Of a stretch of 64,000 nucleotides of DNA, positions 29,983 through 40,162 are shown piece after piece. The DNA comes from a virus: IMG/VR virus record IMGVR_UViG_3300032288_001804, positions 32,428 through 96,427 of that record. One strand, given 5' to 3'. The notes beneath the pieces are model-generated. The model did not search any database, had not been told where the DNA came from, and saw only the letters and a program-made list of their open reading frames with translations. The stretch's first letter is position 1. Each line of letters begins with the position of its first letter. A program made the position numbers and the translations under genes.

Positions 29983-32900
29983 TTATTTTAAATTGTCCAA
30001 TACGCTTCTTGTATATTTATTTCTTTCACCTAATGGGACTAGTACTCCATCTTTTTTCACATTTCGTATATAGTTCTTAAGCATCTTTTCATAAGCTTGT
30101 TTTTTTACAGTAGCATCTTTTGTTGTAGAATACTGATTTGCTGCTCCAAAAAAGTTAGGATACTCATTTATAGGAAGACCGTTATAGACAAAGTCTAATG
30201 CAAGTACTTTTAAGTCAGGGTGTAACTTATCAAAAGAACCTTTTCCAAATTTTGTTTCATACTGCTCTAATGTGCGATTAAGATGTTCTTCTACATCATT
30301 ACGCATTAACGCAATAGCCTCATCTTTAGTAAGCCCCTTAGAATATCTACCAGCTTTAACATCATCATCTGTTAACTTATGACCATAACCTATTGTATCA
30401 TTACCACCTTCTTCAGAGGGATATGGATAAAACTTATCCTCTTTTAAGCCCCTATTAACACCATTCTCTTGTTCCATTAATCGTGTATAGTAATCTTCAG
30501 GTATTTTAAACTTTATAGGTTCTGACTTAGGTTTATTAACAGCGTTTATTACTTGATTAAATTGCTCCGATATACTTAGGGTTGGTTTTGGTGTACCAAT
30601 CATAGTTTGCAATTGTTCAAATACTCCAGGTTCTTTTTGTTCTATAGGATACTTCCCATTAAACATATCAGTAACCTTTTGAAATACTTGAGATGGTTCT
30701 TGTGGTTTAGGTTTATAACCAACTTGTTGCATCATATTCATAATACCACCCCCATCTTGTTTTCTTTCTATGTAACGCATTCTTTGTAAATCAGGATCAT
30801 AAACTAAGTTTTGATTTTTACCACCCCAATTACGATCGTTACTTAACATAAAATCTTTATACTCCATCCAACCGGTATCTCCAGGATGAGATTCTCCTGG
30901 TATGTGTGACTTTAACCAAACACCTGTATCAGGGTTAGTACTAAAGCCGTGATACATACCATCATAAGGATCTGGTTGCCAATGAGGATTTTTTTGTAAA
31001 GCTTCTTCAAAAGTTTTAGGCTTGCCTAATGCATCCCACATACCATAGTGATCGTATTGTCTAGGGTTGCCATATTGCCACTCGGAATCAGGTCTTCTAT
31101 TCTCAGGCGCTGTTTCACTGTAGTTTAAAAAATCTTGATAATCATCAGGTAATTCACCACCAGTTTGAGCTTGATTTAAATATAACTCGAAATCACCTTC
31201 ATCAAACATTTCATCATCTACAATAATATCTTGAAATGCTCTATTCCTATTTGCAAGTATTTCTTCTTCTGTAAATCCTCCAGCTTGAGCTTTAGGCAAT
31301 TCATCTTCGTTTGGTGTATCATTAGATACATATGAATCATGGATTTGTTTTAATAAGTCACCCCTGCCTCTAACAACTTTATATAAATCAAGATTTTTGC
31401 TATTTCCAGATTTTACATCCCTATCAATAATTTCTTGTATTTCTTCATTAGTATAGTTTTTTGTAGGATCAATCCCCATGTTCATACGCCACTCATTTGT
31501 GCGTGATCTTACTTCAGTAGGACTATAATAATAATCAATTATATCTTTACTACTACCAACTTTTTTTTGATTTTTAAATGGTAATTTAATAGATATTATT
31601 TCATCTGAAGCAGGCGGCAAACTACCTTTTGGTACAGCATCTTCTCCTAAAAATCTAGCAGTTATAGTTGAAGGAGTAATTTGACCATATGGTAATTTAT
31701 AATCAGATGGTATTATATTATTCAATATAGGGTCGTTAAAATTATATTCCGGCAGACCATTATATTGTCCAAGTAGATATATATTATCATCTTGTGGAAA
31801 ATTATAGTCAAACCAATGACTTCTTTCATGCGCAATAATAGATGGATTACCAAAGCTTTCCGATGGTATATTTACAGATTTTTCATCATGTTTATAAACA
31901 CCACTTGACCCTGGATTTTCTGATATATACTCACCCGTATCACCCCAAGGTTGCATGTTTACACTTTCAATAGCACCTAGCCTTTTATTAGCAATATCTG
32001 TAAACTGTGGAAGTGTAGCTCTTTTCGTATACCAATTTTTTTCCCAAGCTTTAACGTCATCTAAATTATTAAAATAAGTATCTGCGGATTGTGTATTAGC
32101 AATTTGAGATTTCATTGACTCCTGCATTTCAGGTGATTGTTTATTATACCTACGCACAAAATCAGGGTCTGACATTGCCTGTTGCCAAGGATTATATGTA
32201 CTAAAGTCAATATGCTCATAAGGATATCTTTTACCTGACGCTATTCTTACACCGGAATCAGCGTTTGGCATAAAGCTTTGAAAATTATATATAGGACCGC
32301 TACCAAAATAGTTTACATCATTAAGAGCTCGCTTATTAGCATCATGGGGTAACTCTCCTTGTTCTCTATAGACTAAGTATTGTTTTTCATATTCTTGTTT
32401 TTGCTCTGGATTTAAACCTAGAAGTGAATCGCGTTTTACTAAACCTTTCATCTGAGCTTTAGGTAGTGACTTTATCTTAATTCTTTTAAGACTTGGTACT
32501 GAGATATCTCCGCCATATGCTTTATATTGAGGTTGACTTTCACTTTGCATCTCCCATAAATTTAATGCTTGCTGCCAAGGAAATAGTTTATATGCTGGTT
32601 TCATAACATCATTTATGATTGGAGCAGCATATTTTACTTTACCAAACTTTCCTAAAGCTGGTACAGCAGAAAATATACTTAAAGCTTGATCTAAAGTTGG
32701 ATTTTGATTTCCAGAGTTTTTCCAATTTGCATATGCTTCATTAGCATCATCCCATGACATAATTCCAGTTGGTTCTACAAATTCTATTAAAGATCCTATA
32801 GGACTATTAGGTTGTTGATCTTGTGATAAATTTCCAGGTTCTACACTTTCACCTGTTCTAGGCGCACTTAAATCAATAGTTTTATATTTAGATGTATTGC

Positions 32901-33210
32901 TAACCTGTTTTAAATTTTCTTTAGTGGGACCAACTTGTCTTAAAAATTCAGGTTTGTTTCCACCAAATGTTGGAGTTGCACTATTTGTTTGTGCCTTAGG
33001 TAATCTACCCCCATAGACCATCATAGGTATTTCATATACGGCAGTACCTGGAAATGTATAGTTACCTCCAGGCTGCATCATTTTAGCATTGCCTAAATTA
33101 TCAATACCCAATACAGGGTATGGTACACCCTGCATTGTTATATCACCACTTGGAATAATAGTATCCTCACCAGGATATTTCCATTGTCCATACTTACTTA
33201 CTTTAGCCAT
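29983..33210 (-). CDS. Modular virion protein with a HExxH zincin domain and a C-terminal GH24/T4-type lysozyme
   Basis: IIAHERSHW (31816-31830) with downstream PTEVRSR. C-terminal LMEQENG…EGGNDTIGYGHKLT…LTKDEAIALMRNDV…DFVYNG lysozyme signature (~30000-30480). Confidence 0.8.
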   Translation of the reverse strand: MAKVSKYGQWKYPGEDTIIPSGDITMQGVPYPVLGIDNLGNAKMMQPGGNYTFPGTAVYEIPMMVYGGRLPKAQTNSATPTFGGNKPEFLRQVGPTKENLKQVSNTSKYKTIDLSAPRTGESVEPGNLSQDQQPNSPIGSLIEFVEPTGIMSWDDANEAYANWKNSGNQNPTLDQALSIFSAVPALGKFGKVKYAAPIINDVMKPAYKLFPWQQALNLWEMQSESQPQYKAYGGDISVPSLKRIKIKSLPKAQMKGLVKRDSLLGLNPEQKQEYEKQYLVYREQGELPHDANKRALNDVNYFGSGPIYNFQSFMPNADSGVRIASGKRYPYEHIDFSTYNPWQQAMSDPDFVRRYNKQSPEMQESMKSQIANTQSADTYFNNLDDVKAWEKNWYTKRATLPQFTDIANKRLGAIESVNMQPWGDTGEYISENPGSSGVYKHDEKSVNIPSESFGNPSIIAHERSHWFDYNFPQDDNIYLLGQYNGLPEYNFNDPILNNIIPSDYKLPYGQITPSTITARFLGEDAVPKGSLPPASDEIISIKLPFKNQKKVGSSKDIIDYYYSPTEVRSRTNEWRMNMGIDPTKNYTNEEIQEIIDRDVKSGNSKNLDLYKVVRGRGDLLKQIHDSYVSNDTPNEDELPKAQAGGFTEEEILANRNRAFQDIIVDDEMFDEGDFELYLNQAQTGGELPDDYQDFLNYSETAPENRRPDSEWQYGNPRQYDHYGMWDALGKPKTFEEALQKNPHWQPDPYDGMYHGFSTNPDTGVWLKSHIPGESHPGDTGWMEYKDFMLSNDRNWGGKNQNLVYDPDLQRMRYIERKQDGGGIMNMMQQVGYKPKPQEPSQVFQKVTDMFNGKYPIEQKEPGVFEQLQTMIGTPKPTLSISEQFNQVINAVNKPKSEPIKFKIPEDYYTRLMEQENGVNRGLKEDKFYPYPSEEGGNDTIGYGHKLTDDDVKAGRYSKGLTKDEAIALMRNDVEEHLNRTLEQYETKFGKGSFDKLHPDLKVLALDFVYNGLPINEYPNFFGAANQYSTTKDATVKKQAYEKMLKNYIRNVKKDGVLVPLGERNKYTRSVLDNLK

Positions 33211-36200
33211 TAGCGAGGAGATAAAGTTTCTTTCATATTGTTAATCTTATAAAGCATCTTGGTGTTATTCTGACCAGGTGCATTTTCTCTAATAAGTCTT
33301 AATCTGTTTACATAGTGGCGGAACTTCTTACGTTGGAAAGCTGGCTTACTATAATTAATATTATTAGGATTTAACAAAGATATATAACCATTTGCTTGTG
33401 TATCCCACATTTGAGTTACAAATCCGGTGTATTCGCCACGGTCTCTGGTTAAATCTACAAATTGGTTAAAGCGATATTTATTCTCTTCTTTAGAATATAG
33501 TATGTCTACGTATGTTGGAGTATATGTAGGATACTGCATTGCAAGAGCCGGGTTATTCTTTGGGTGTAAGTTTAATCTCAACTCACCAGATACCTGCTCA
33601 GAGTTATATACTATAGCTTTATTAAAGTTATAATCAAGTACATGAAATCTGTCATAACCATCTTGGCTATAAATATAAGCCTCAAGTATATATTCCATGC
33701 TCTTAATAGATGTAACAGTTTGGCCGTTAGAAACTACTTCTTCTACTTCAAATGGATAATCAACTCCATAGAAGTTTGTATAGCTTGAAGTACTTTCATT
33801 ATGCTTCCAGATGTTAGGACCCTTAGTTGTAAGAATACTCATCTTAGATGGCATCATTAAATCAGGATGCCAGTCATGAAATGAGATAAATGCTTTAGCT
33901 TTAGGATCATAACTTACCGTCCAAGATGCATCTTCAAAATACAATGGATCGCCTAGTGTTACAGTTATTGAGGTAACCTGACCATTAATAACCTTCTTAA
34001 AGATATCCTTCTTATCATAGACAAGTCCTGAAGGCGCATCTATTTTTAATTTAAAATCTCTTTTAGTAAAGTATATAATTTGATTTTTATTATCAAATGA
34101 TGCTTGACAACCAATACCTGCTATAGGATTTCTTACTAATTCAAAATCTGGAAAATCTTCTAAAAGCTTATATGGTAAGTATTTTGCAAACCACCACTTT
34201 AATCCTGCTGTAGAAATCTCTTCTAAAGATTGACCAATACCAAATATTTTACCTTGGCTTTGAGCAATATAATATAGTCCTAATGGAGTATTGATAACGC
34301 TCAATGGATCTTGAGTAGATGCATATTGGTAAGCAGAGTCTGCATTACTAAAGCTTTGTAATGGTTGTGAGAATAAACTACCATCTCCAATATTAATCTT
34401 TGTACCTAAATCCAATTCTAAATTTTCTACAGTACGTGTCATTACTGGTGAATCTTTTTCAGTAAAAATTATCACACCACTTTGGTCATATGGTTTAACA
34501 GATATCACCTTAGACTTAAAGTCTTTATAGTTAAATGTTAAAAAGACTTGCCAGTAATCTTTAACCGCCTCTAAGTTTTGAGGCAAAGAATATATAAGAC
34601 GGTTAGGATAATAAGTAAAACATTTCTCAGCTACATATGGATTGTAACTAATAGGTTGAACATTACCCCAACTAATTAAATCATGGTACGTCTTAGAAAT
34701 ACCAAGAGACATATCATACTTAAAGAAATTACCAGCTTTGATAATACTAGGTTCAAATAGTGCTTCAGTATCTGCATATCTGTATGGGTCATAGAATCTT
34801 TGATCATCTTGGTTACCCCAGTCACGATAGCTTATGTTAAGCTCTGTTTCTACAAAGAAATCTCTAACCCCAGATTGGAATAAATAAAAAAATGCATTCT
34901 TTACACCAAATCTAAAGCTAACATTAAAGTTGGTACCACCACCACCTAATGAACCAGAAGGTGAATAGTTTCTTCTATCTAAATGATGATAGTTAGATGG
35001 AATATCCCAAGTATTTGAGCTTATACTACCTGGTGATAATAAATCACCTACCATGCTACCAAGAGCTCCCATTGCATCATACTCGCTTAAATTAGCCCAA
35101 TATCTTGGATATGATATCATATAGTGTAGCCCATAATCAAACTGGGTACCATCTGGTTGACCATAAAGCCAATCTCTAAAATAGAAGAAAGTATTTTTTT
35201 CGGTATATCTTCCTATGTATACGTCACCACCATATACAATAGAACCTGGTACTTTTTTACCTTTATCATTTTGTGTTAATGTTGCAAATGTAGTATTACT
35301 GCATGAACCAAAATTACCATCAATTGGTTTTACAATAGTTCTGCAGCCTGAAGGAACTTGTAATACACTATCAATTTGACCATAAAGGTTAGGTCTTCTT
35401 ATTTTAAATCCAGCATAGTATGATGAAGCTGTAGTATCAAAATCTTGCTTAATAATATCTAAAAAATCATATTCATTTGCAGTTAGTCCTGCTGTAGTAT
35501 CATTATCAATATCAAATTGAACACCAATTGTAGTAAGAGAATTATCTACTATACTTGGATCAGCAATATTATTACTTGCTTCAAACATTACAGCTCTTCC
35601 TCTATATAAATTATTTACTCGATAGCTTACTTGTGTACTATCTGATGCGGGAAAAGTTTGTAGTAAATTATCTAAGTAATAAGATCGCTCAACTTTACGA
35701 CGATGGTTACCTATTTGTACATTACCAATAATGTTATTTGTTAAATCACCATGTGATAAATATCTATAGGCATACTGTCTATATTTTGTACTAGCTTTTA
35801 TAAGCTCTACGAAATTAGAAAGACCCATTCCCCAGTAACTCATAAATGTAACTATACCATAGGTTGAAGCAATACCTGGGTCTAGCATTTGCTGACCAGA
35901 TAATTCAAGATCTAAATTTTCACTAAAGCCAATTTTTACTTTAGAGTCCTTATAAAAATCATTATCAGAAAGTGTATGATAAAAACCAGTTACATCATAG
36001 TTTTGACCATATCCGAAAATTGCATTCCACGCCTGATTATTACCTCCTAAATTAAATAGGTTATTGGTATCATTAATACCAGACTCAACAGTATCATCAG
36101 ATCCTGGACCTTGTATTTGACCATCTACATATAAAGGAACTTCAAACTTAGCAACATCTGGAATATCATTAGCGGGGTCATCCCAATATGGGTCTGGCGT

Positions 36201-38567
36201 ACTACCTTCAAAATTACCACCATTAATAGCATCCATGTGAGTATTAATGTTTCCACTACCATATGTAAGAGCATTGGTGTATGATCCGCCACCTCCACCA
36301 CCAACTTCCTCACCCTTAATATATTGACCAAGCCATAATTCTTTAGGACCTTGTTGAGATCTTGTTTTACGACCTCTAGCTTTTATCATAGCTTCTGCCA
36401 TACCTATAACAACTGCTACTGAAAAAGCTAAATCTGTAATAAGCTTGTGACGAGGATGTTTAGGTACTTCACTAAATGCACCATTAACATTATTTGTATA
36501 TCCTCTTTGTCCATATAAAACAACTTCTTGAGGTGTAAGATATGGCGATATTACTTGTGTATCAGGTGAGTGAAATGTAAATATATCTCTAAATACTTTA
36601 CTAGGTGGTGGATAAAGTTGTCCATTATCGCTAGGTCCACCTGGTATATCTTTAGTAGATAGGGATGGGTCAGGTTGTAAAGAATTATAAGGATAGTTTT
36701 GATAAAGAATTTCATCAGCACCATCTTTATCTTCCTTATAAGATCTTACGTTGTTTATGATACCTTTTGCAATAACTGTTTTATTACCTTGGCGAGAAGA
36801 TCTTAAAATCTCATAGCCTACAATACCAGGTATAACATTACCTTGATTATCTAATGGAGGTAGGATATTATCAAACTCTACTCCCAGTATACGTATTCTT
36901 GCAGGTGAATTATCGGCATTACTTACAATGTGATTAGATGCATCATTATATGATACGGAACCATTGCTATTGTAAAATATAATATCAGCTGGCATTTTAT
37001 GATGACGTAGTGGTTTACCACATAAATCATAATCACTGTTAAGATTAGTGTTTGGGTATGGGTAGGAGGCTGGTGCTGTCCACGGGTGATCCGCATTATT
37101 AGCATCCCAAACAACAGGTTGATTATCTGGATAAATCTCAGTTGATTGCCAGTAACCCATTCTTCCCTTAGCTGTTATAATACCACCATCATCTTGAGTT
37201 ATAGATAACCCAGGATCAGTAATAAACGCTGTATTGTATACTTGCCAAACTGCAGTTTCATTATTTATAACATCATTAGTTATAGATGGTTGTGCAGTTT
37301 CCCAAGAATATGCTGGACGTCCTGGTATATGATATGACGAAGATGTATCTCCTGTGTTATAAACCCAGCGAATAAAAAACGCATAGATTTCATCACGCAT
37401 ATATCCATTAACATTACCGCCTTTAAAATAGTAATCGGCAGGATATTCTGTAACTACCCATTTAGCAGATATCTGATTAGCTAAAGGCTGATAGTTAAAG
37501 CTAAATCTAGACTTAGGAGATGTTCTTATTAAATAATCATTTACCGCAAAAATGCCCTCAGAAGTTTCTGTTATAGCATTTCTTACTACTAATGATGGTA
37601 AAGGTACATCTTGTAATGTATCCGGTATTTCAGGAATTTCAACAGTTCTTGAATTTGTACTATATAAACCAATGCGCTTAGCAACAGTTTGTTGATTAAC
37701 AAACTTTACTATTACAAGCTCAAACTGATCATATAAATCAGTTTCCATATCATTAACCACTAGCTGTAAACCTTCGCTAATATTATCATGATTAAACAAA
37801 GATTGAATATTGCTAGGTGGATAATAGTCAGTTACACGTTCTCCATTTAAAGCATAGGCTACAAACGCAAAGTATGATCCGTTAAGTAAAGTACCACCTG
37901 ATAAACTTTTAGTAAGTTCAACACATGGTGTCTTAACAATTTTAGCTATTCTAATTTTTTCACAATCTAGCTGTAATGGATATATTGGTTTACAATCCTC
38001 ACATGGTCCTGAGTTTACATCTTGTGTAATATAAGGAACACCGGGCCAAGGTTGATCAAATGGTGCATTTCTAATATCACCAATGTTTAAAGCTCTATCA
38101 GGATTATTACCATCTACAAAATATACTTGAAAAGAGCAATCATAGTTTTGTTTTGCCTCACCAGTTACAACATTATATTTTGTAAAATTTAAACAAGGAT
38201 CATTAACAATAGTATGATAAGAACAAGTACTTGCTACAAATAACCCAATTTCCGAATTACCATTTTCTCCTGAAGTAATAACCCACTTATCATCAAACAC
38301 ATGTATTGCACCGTTTATTTGATATGGTGCTGTTGTTTGAGCCCCAGGAGGAACGCATAAAGTATTAGAAGGCTCATTACCTAAAACACCTACATTACCA
38401 TCTGTTGAATTATTTACAGCATTGCGGGCATGCGACCAGCACGACTCTGGAAAATAAACATCATCGTAATCTTTTACTAAACCTTTTGAAAAAGTGTCAC
38501 TTTGCGCAGTAATCATTGTAGTAGTACCACTGCTTTTACCACTTTTACCTGATACTTTCTTAGCCAT
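33210..38567 (-). CDS. Muzzle / tail stabilisation protein (crAss Tstab-like)
   Basis: 1785 aa, beta-rich. Motifs FSKGLVKD…ARNA, YMRDEIYAFFI, SWTVSYDP…FISFHDWHP. Directly follows the ring/tubular genes. Confidence 0.8.
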   Translation of the reverse strand: MAKKVSGKSGKSSGTTTMITAQSDTFSKGLVKDYDDVYFPESCWSHARNAVNNSTDGNVGVLGNEPSNTLCVPPGAQTTAPYQINGAIHVFDDKWVITSGENGNSEIGLFVASTCSYHTIVNDPCLNFTKYNVVTGEAKQNYDCSFQVYFVDGNNPDRALNIGDIRNAPFDQPWPGVPYITQDVNSGPCEDCKPIYPLQLDCEKIRIAKIVKTPCVELTKSLSGGTLLNGSYFAFVAYALNGERVTDYYPPSNIQSLFNHDNISEGLQLVVNDMETDLYDQFELVIVKFVNQQTVAKRIGLYSTNSRTVEIPEIPDTLQDVPLPSLVVRNAITETSEGIFAVNDYLIRTSPKSRFSFNYQPLANQISAKWVVTEYPADYYFKGGNVNGYMRDEIYAFFIRWVYNTGDTSSSYHIPGRPAYSWETAQPSITNDVINNETAVWQVYNTAFITDPGLSITQDDGGIITAKGRMGYWQSTEIYPDNQPVVWDANNADHPWTAPASYPYPNTNLNSDYDLCGKPLRHHKMPADIIFYNSNGSVSYNDASNHIVSNADNSPARIRILGVEFDNILPPLDNQGNVIPGIVGYEILRSSRQGNKTVIAKGIINNVRSYKEDKDGADEILYQNYPYNSLQPDPSLSTKDIPGGPSDNGQLYPPPSKVFRDIFTFHSPDTQVISPYLTPQEVVLYGQRGYTNNVNGAFSEVPKHPRHKLITDLAFSVAVVIGMAEAMIKARGRKTRSQQGPKELWLGQYIKGEEVGGGGGGSYTNALTYGSGNINTHMDAINGGNFEGSTPDPYWDDPANDIPDVAKFEVPLYVDGQIQGPGSDDTVESGINDTNNLFNLGGNNQAWNAIFGYGQNYDVTGFYHTLSDNDFYKDSKVKIGFSENLDLELSGQQMLDPGIASTYGIVTFMSYWGMGLSNFVELIKASTKYRQYAYRYLSHGDLTNNIIGNVQIGNHRRKVERSYYLDNLLQTFPASDSTQVSYRVNNLYRGRAVMFEASNNIADPSIVDNSLTTIGVQFDIDNDTTAGLTANEYDFLDIIKQDFDTTASSYYAGFKIRRPNLYGQIDSVLQVPSGCRTIVKPIDGNFGSCSNTTFATLTQNDKGKKVPGSIVYGGDVYIGRYTEKNTFFYFRDWLYGQPDGTQFDYGLHYMISYPRYWANLSEYDAMGALGSMVGDLLSPGSISSNTWDIPSNYHHLDRRNYSPSGSLGGGGTNFNVSFRFGVKNAFFYLFQSGVRDFFVETELNISYRDWGNQDDQRFYDPYRYADTEALFEPSIIKAGNFFKYDMSLGISKTYHDLISWGNVQPISYNPYVAEKCFTYYPNRLIYSLPQNLEAVKDYWQVFLTFNYKDFKSKVISVKPYDQSGVIIFTEKDSPVMTRTVENLELDLGTKINIGDGSLFSQPLQSFSNADSAYQYASTQDPLSVINTPLGLYYIAQSQGKIFGIGQSLEEISTAGLKWWFAKYLPYKLLEDFPDFELVRNPIAGIGCQASFDNKNQIIYFTKRDFKLKIDAPSGLVYDKKDIFKKVINGQVTSITVTLGDPLYFEDASWTVSYDPKAKAFISFHDWHPDLMMPSKMSILTTKGPNIWKHNESTSSYTNFYGVDYPFEVEEVVSNGQTVTSIKSMEYILEAYIYSQDGYDRFHVLDYNFNKAIVYNSEQVSGELRLNLHPKNNPALAMQYPTYTPTYVDILYSKEENKYRFNQFVDLTRDRGEYTGFVTQMWDTQANGYISLLNPNNINYSKPAFQRKKFRHYVNRLRLIRENAPGQNNTKMLYKINNMKETLSPR

Positions 38568-38569
38568 AT

Positions 38570-39481
38570 TTAGACAGCGTTATTTGTTCTATAATTTGGT
38601 GCAAATGGAAAATAAGACTTGAACATGTCGTAGTACTTAGAGTACATTGCTTTACGGTTCATAGCCCATAGTTTTTCCATTTCGGAGAAGTTAGGAGTAT
38701 TAACAATAGTAAGTGCATTATTTCTAGCAGCTCTATACTCTTGTGATACAAGTTGATATTGTGCTGCTACATTTTCTCCATCCATTACTAAGTTTTCAAG
38801 TATACGTTTTTTAATAGCATACTCATAATACTCATTAAGCATTGGATGATCTGGTATTAATAGGTCACCATTTTCATCTGTAAATGTTCCTTGATAGTTA
38901 ATATAAACCGAAGCAGTTTCTAATGTTGTATACAACCAACCGTCTTTAATCCAAGCTTCATCAACATATGAATGAAAAAGATTTGGCCAATTGCAATCTA
39001 CATATTTAGAATTTCTAAATCTTAAAGGGAAAAAGTTTTTGTACGCTCTTCTTTCAGTATTTACTACTTGAATAATTTGATACTCCGAAGTTTTTTCACA
39101 TTTGCTAAAGCATACCGGTTGTTGTGGTAATGAATCATTAGTGCAATATGCTTGCTCTACCCAAGGTTTCCATGTTGGTGTAACATCTTGAACATTAGTA
39201 CCTTGTGCAGGTACAACTAAATCATACCCTTGTGATACTGCAAGAGCATAGTTCATAACATAGAAATCTTCTGGTAAACGTACTCTACCTTTTTCAACCT
39301 CAAGAATAGTTTCCTTTGTCATGTTAATTCTAAGACCTAAATCATAATTAACACGCATTGCAACTTTGATAAGTTGTGCAGGATCAATTCTATTCTCTAA
39401 TGTAAGAGTTCTTAAATCTATCTTGACATCTTCAAGAAGAGATTCAAAGGTTCTATATTTAAGTGTGTAATTGTAGTTCAT
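38570..39481 (-). CDS. Tail ring / tail tubular protein
   Basis: IKDGWLYT…VYINYQG…DENGDLLIPD resembles crAss ring proteins. Adjacent to the muzzle gene. Confidence 0.7.
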   Translation of the reverse strand: MNYNYTLKYRTFESLLEDVKIDLRTLTLENRIDPAQLIKVAMRVNYDLGLRINMTKETILEVEKGRVRLPEDFYVMNYALAVSQGYDLVVPAQGTNVQDVTPTWKPWVEQAYCTNDSLPQQPVCFSKCEKTSEYQIIQVVNTERRAYKNFFPLRFRNSKYVDCNWPNLFHSYVDEAWIKDGWLYTTLETASVYINYQGTFTDENGDLLIPDHPMLNEYYEYAIKKRILENLVMDGENVAAQYQLVSQEYRAARNNALTIVNTPNFSEMEKLWAMNRKAMYSKYYDMFKSYFPFAPNYRTNNAV

Positions 39482-39482
39482 G

Positions 39483-40157
39483 TTAAGGTCTTAGTAAACT
39501 TTGTTTATCATCAATTGCGGTATCTGAAGGAATAGCCATGCTAAACTTAAGATCATTATACACCTGGGCCTCAATTTGGCTAAATAAATAATCCGGTACA
39601 ATAAGAGGTTGATCTTGTCTTTTAATACAATCTGGTTGAGTATCACATGTATATGGAGAAAGATCCTGTTCAAAAATGCCTTCTACAGATACCGCCTCCC
39701 AATCTACATTAGGAAAATAAAGATATCCGTTAAGATACCAATAGTACTTTTGCTTATTGTATTTGTAGCCTGATGTCTTAGCCATAGAGTTATATAGCGC
39801 GGGCTCTGTTTTATATACTTGAGTAGAATCATCGACTGAAGCTACAGTTCTAAATAATGGGCCATATGAGCTATCCATTACTCCGGGAATTTTATCTTTA
39901 GTGCGCTTTACCATAATGTTTGATTTAACATCACAGCATGCTTCAACTTTATCTACCTCGATAAGGTCAACACATGGAAGCCTCCTAAAGAAACTATTAA
40001 ACCTTAATATCTCATTAAGGCTATCTTGCTTCTTAATAAAGAACTTAGCATGTTTCATTATTAAGCTAAATATGTATCTATCTGTAAGAAAGGCGTCCTC
40101 AGTTGAACCCTTTACTATATTTCTAACTCTAGATACTGCTTCTCCTATTGTAGTCAT
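39483..40157 (-). CDS. Tail ring protein
   Basis: YYWYLNGYLYF…VEGIFE motif and synteny. Confidence 0.65.
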   Translation of the reverse strand: MTTIGEAVSRVRNIVKGSTEDAFLTDRYIFSLIMKHAKFFIKKQDSLNEILRFNSFFRRLPCVDLIEVDKVEACCDVKSNIMVKRTKDKIPGVMDSSYGPLFRTVASVDDSTQVYKTEPALYNSMAKTSGYKYNKQKYYWYLNGYLYFPNVDWEAVSVEGIFEQDLSPYTCDTQPDCIKRQDQPLIVPDYLFSQIEAQVYNDLKFSMAIPSDTAIDDKQSLLRP

Positions 40158-40162
40158 ATTTT

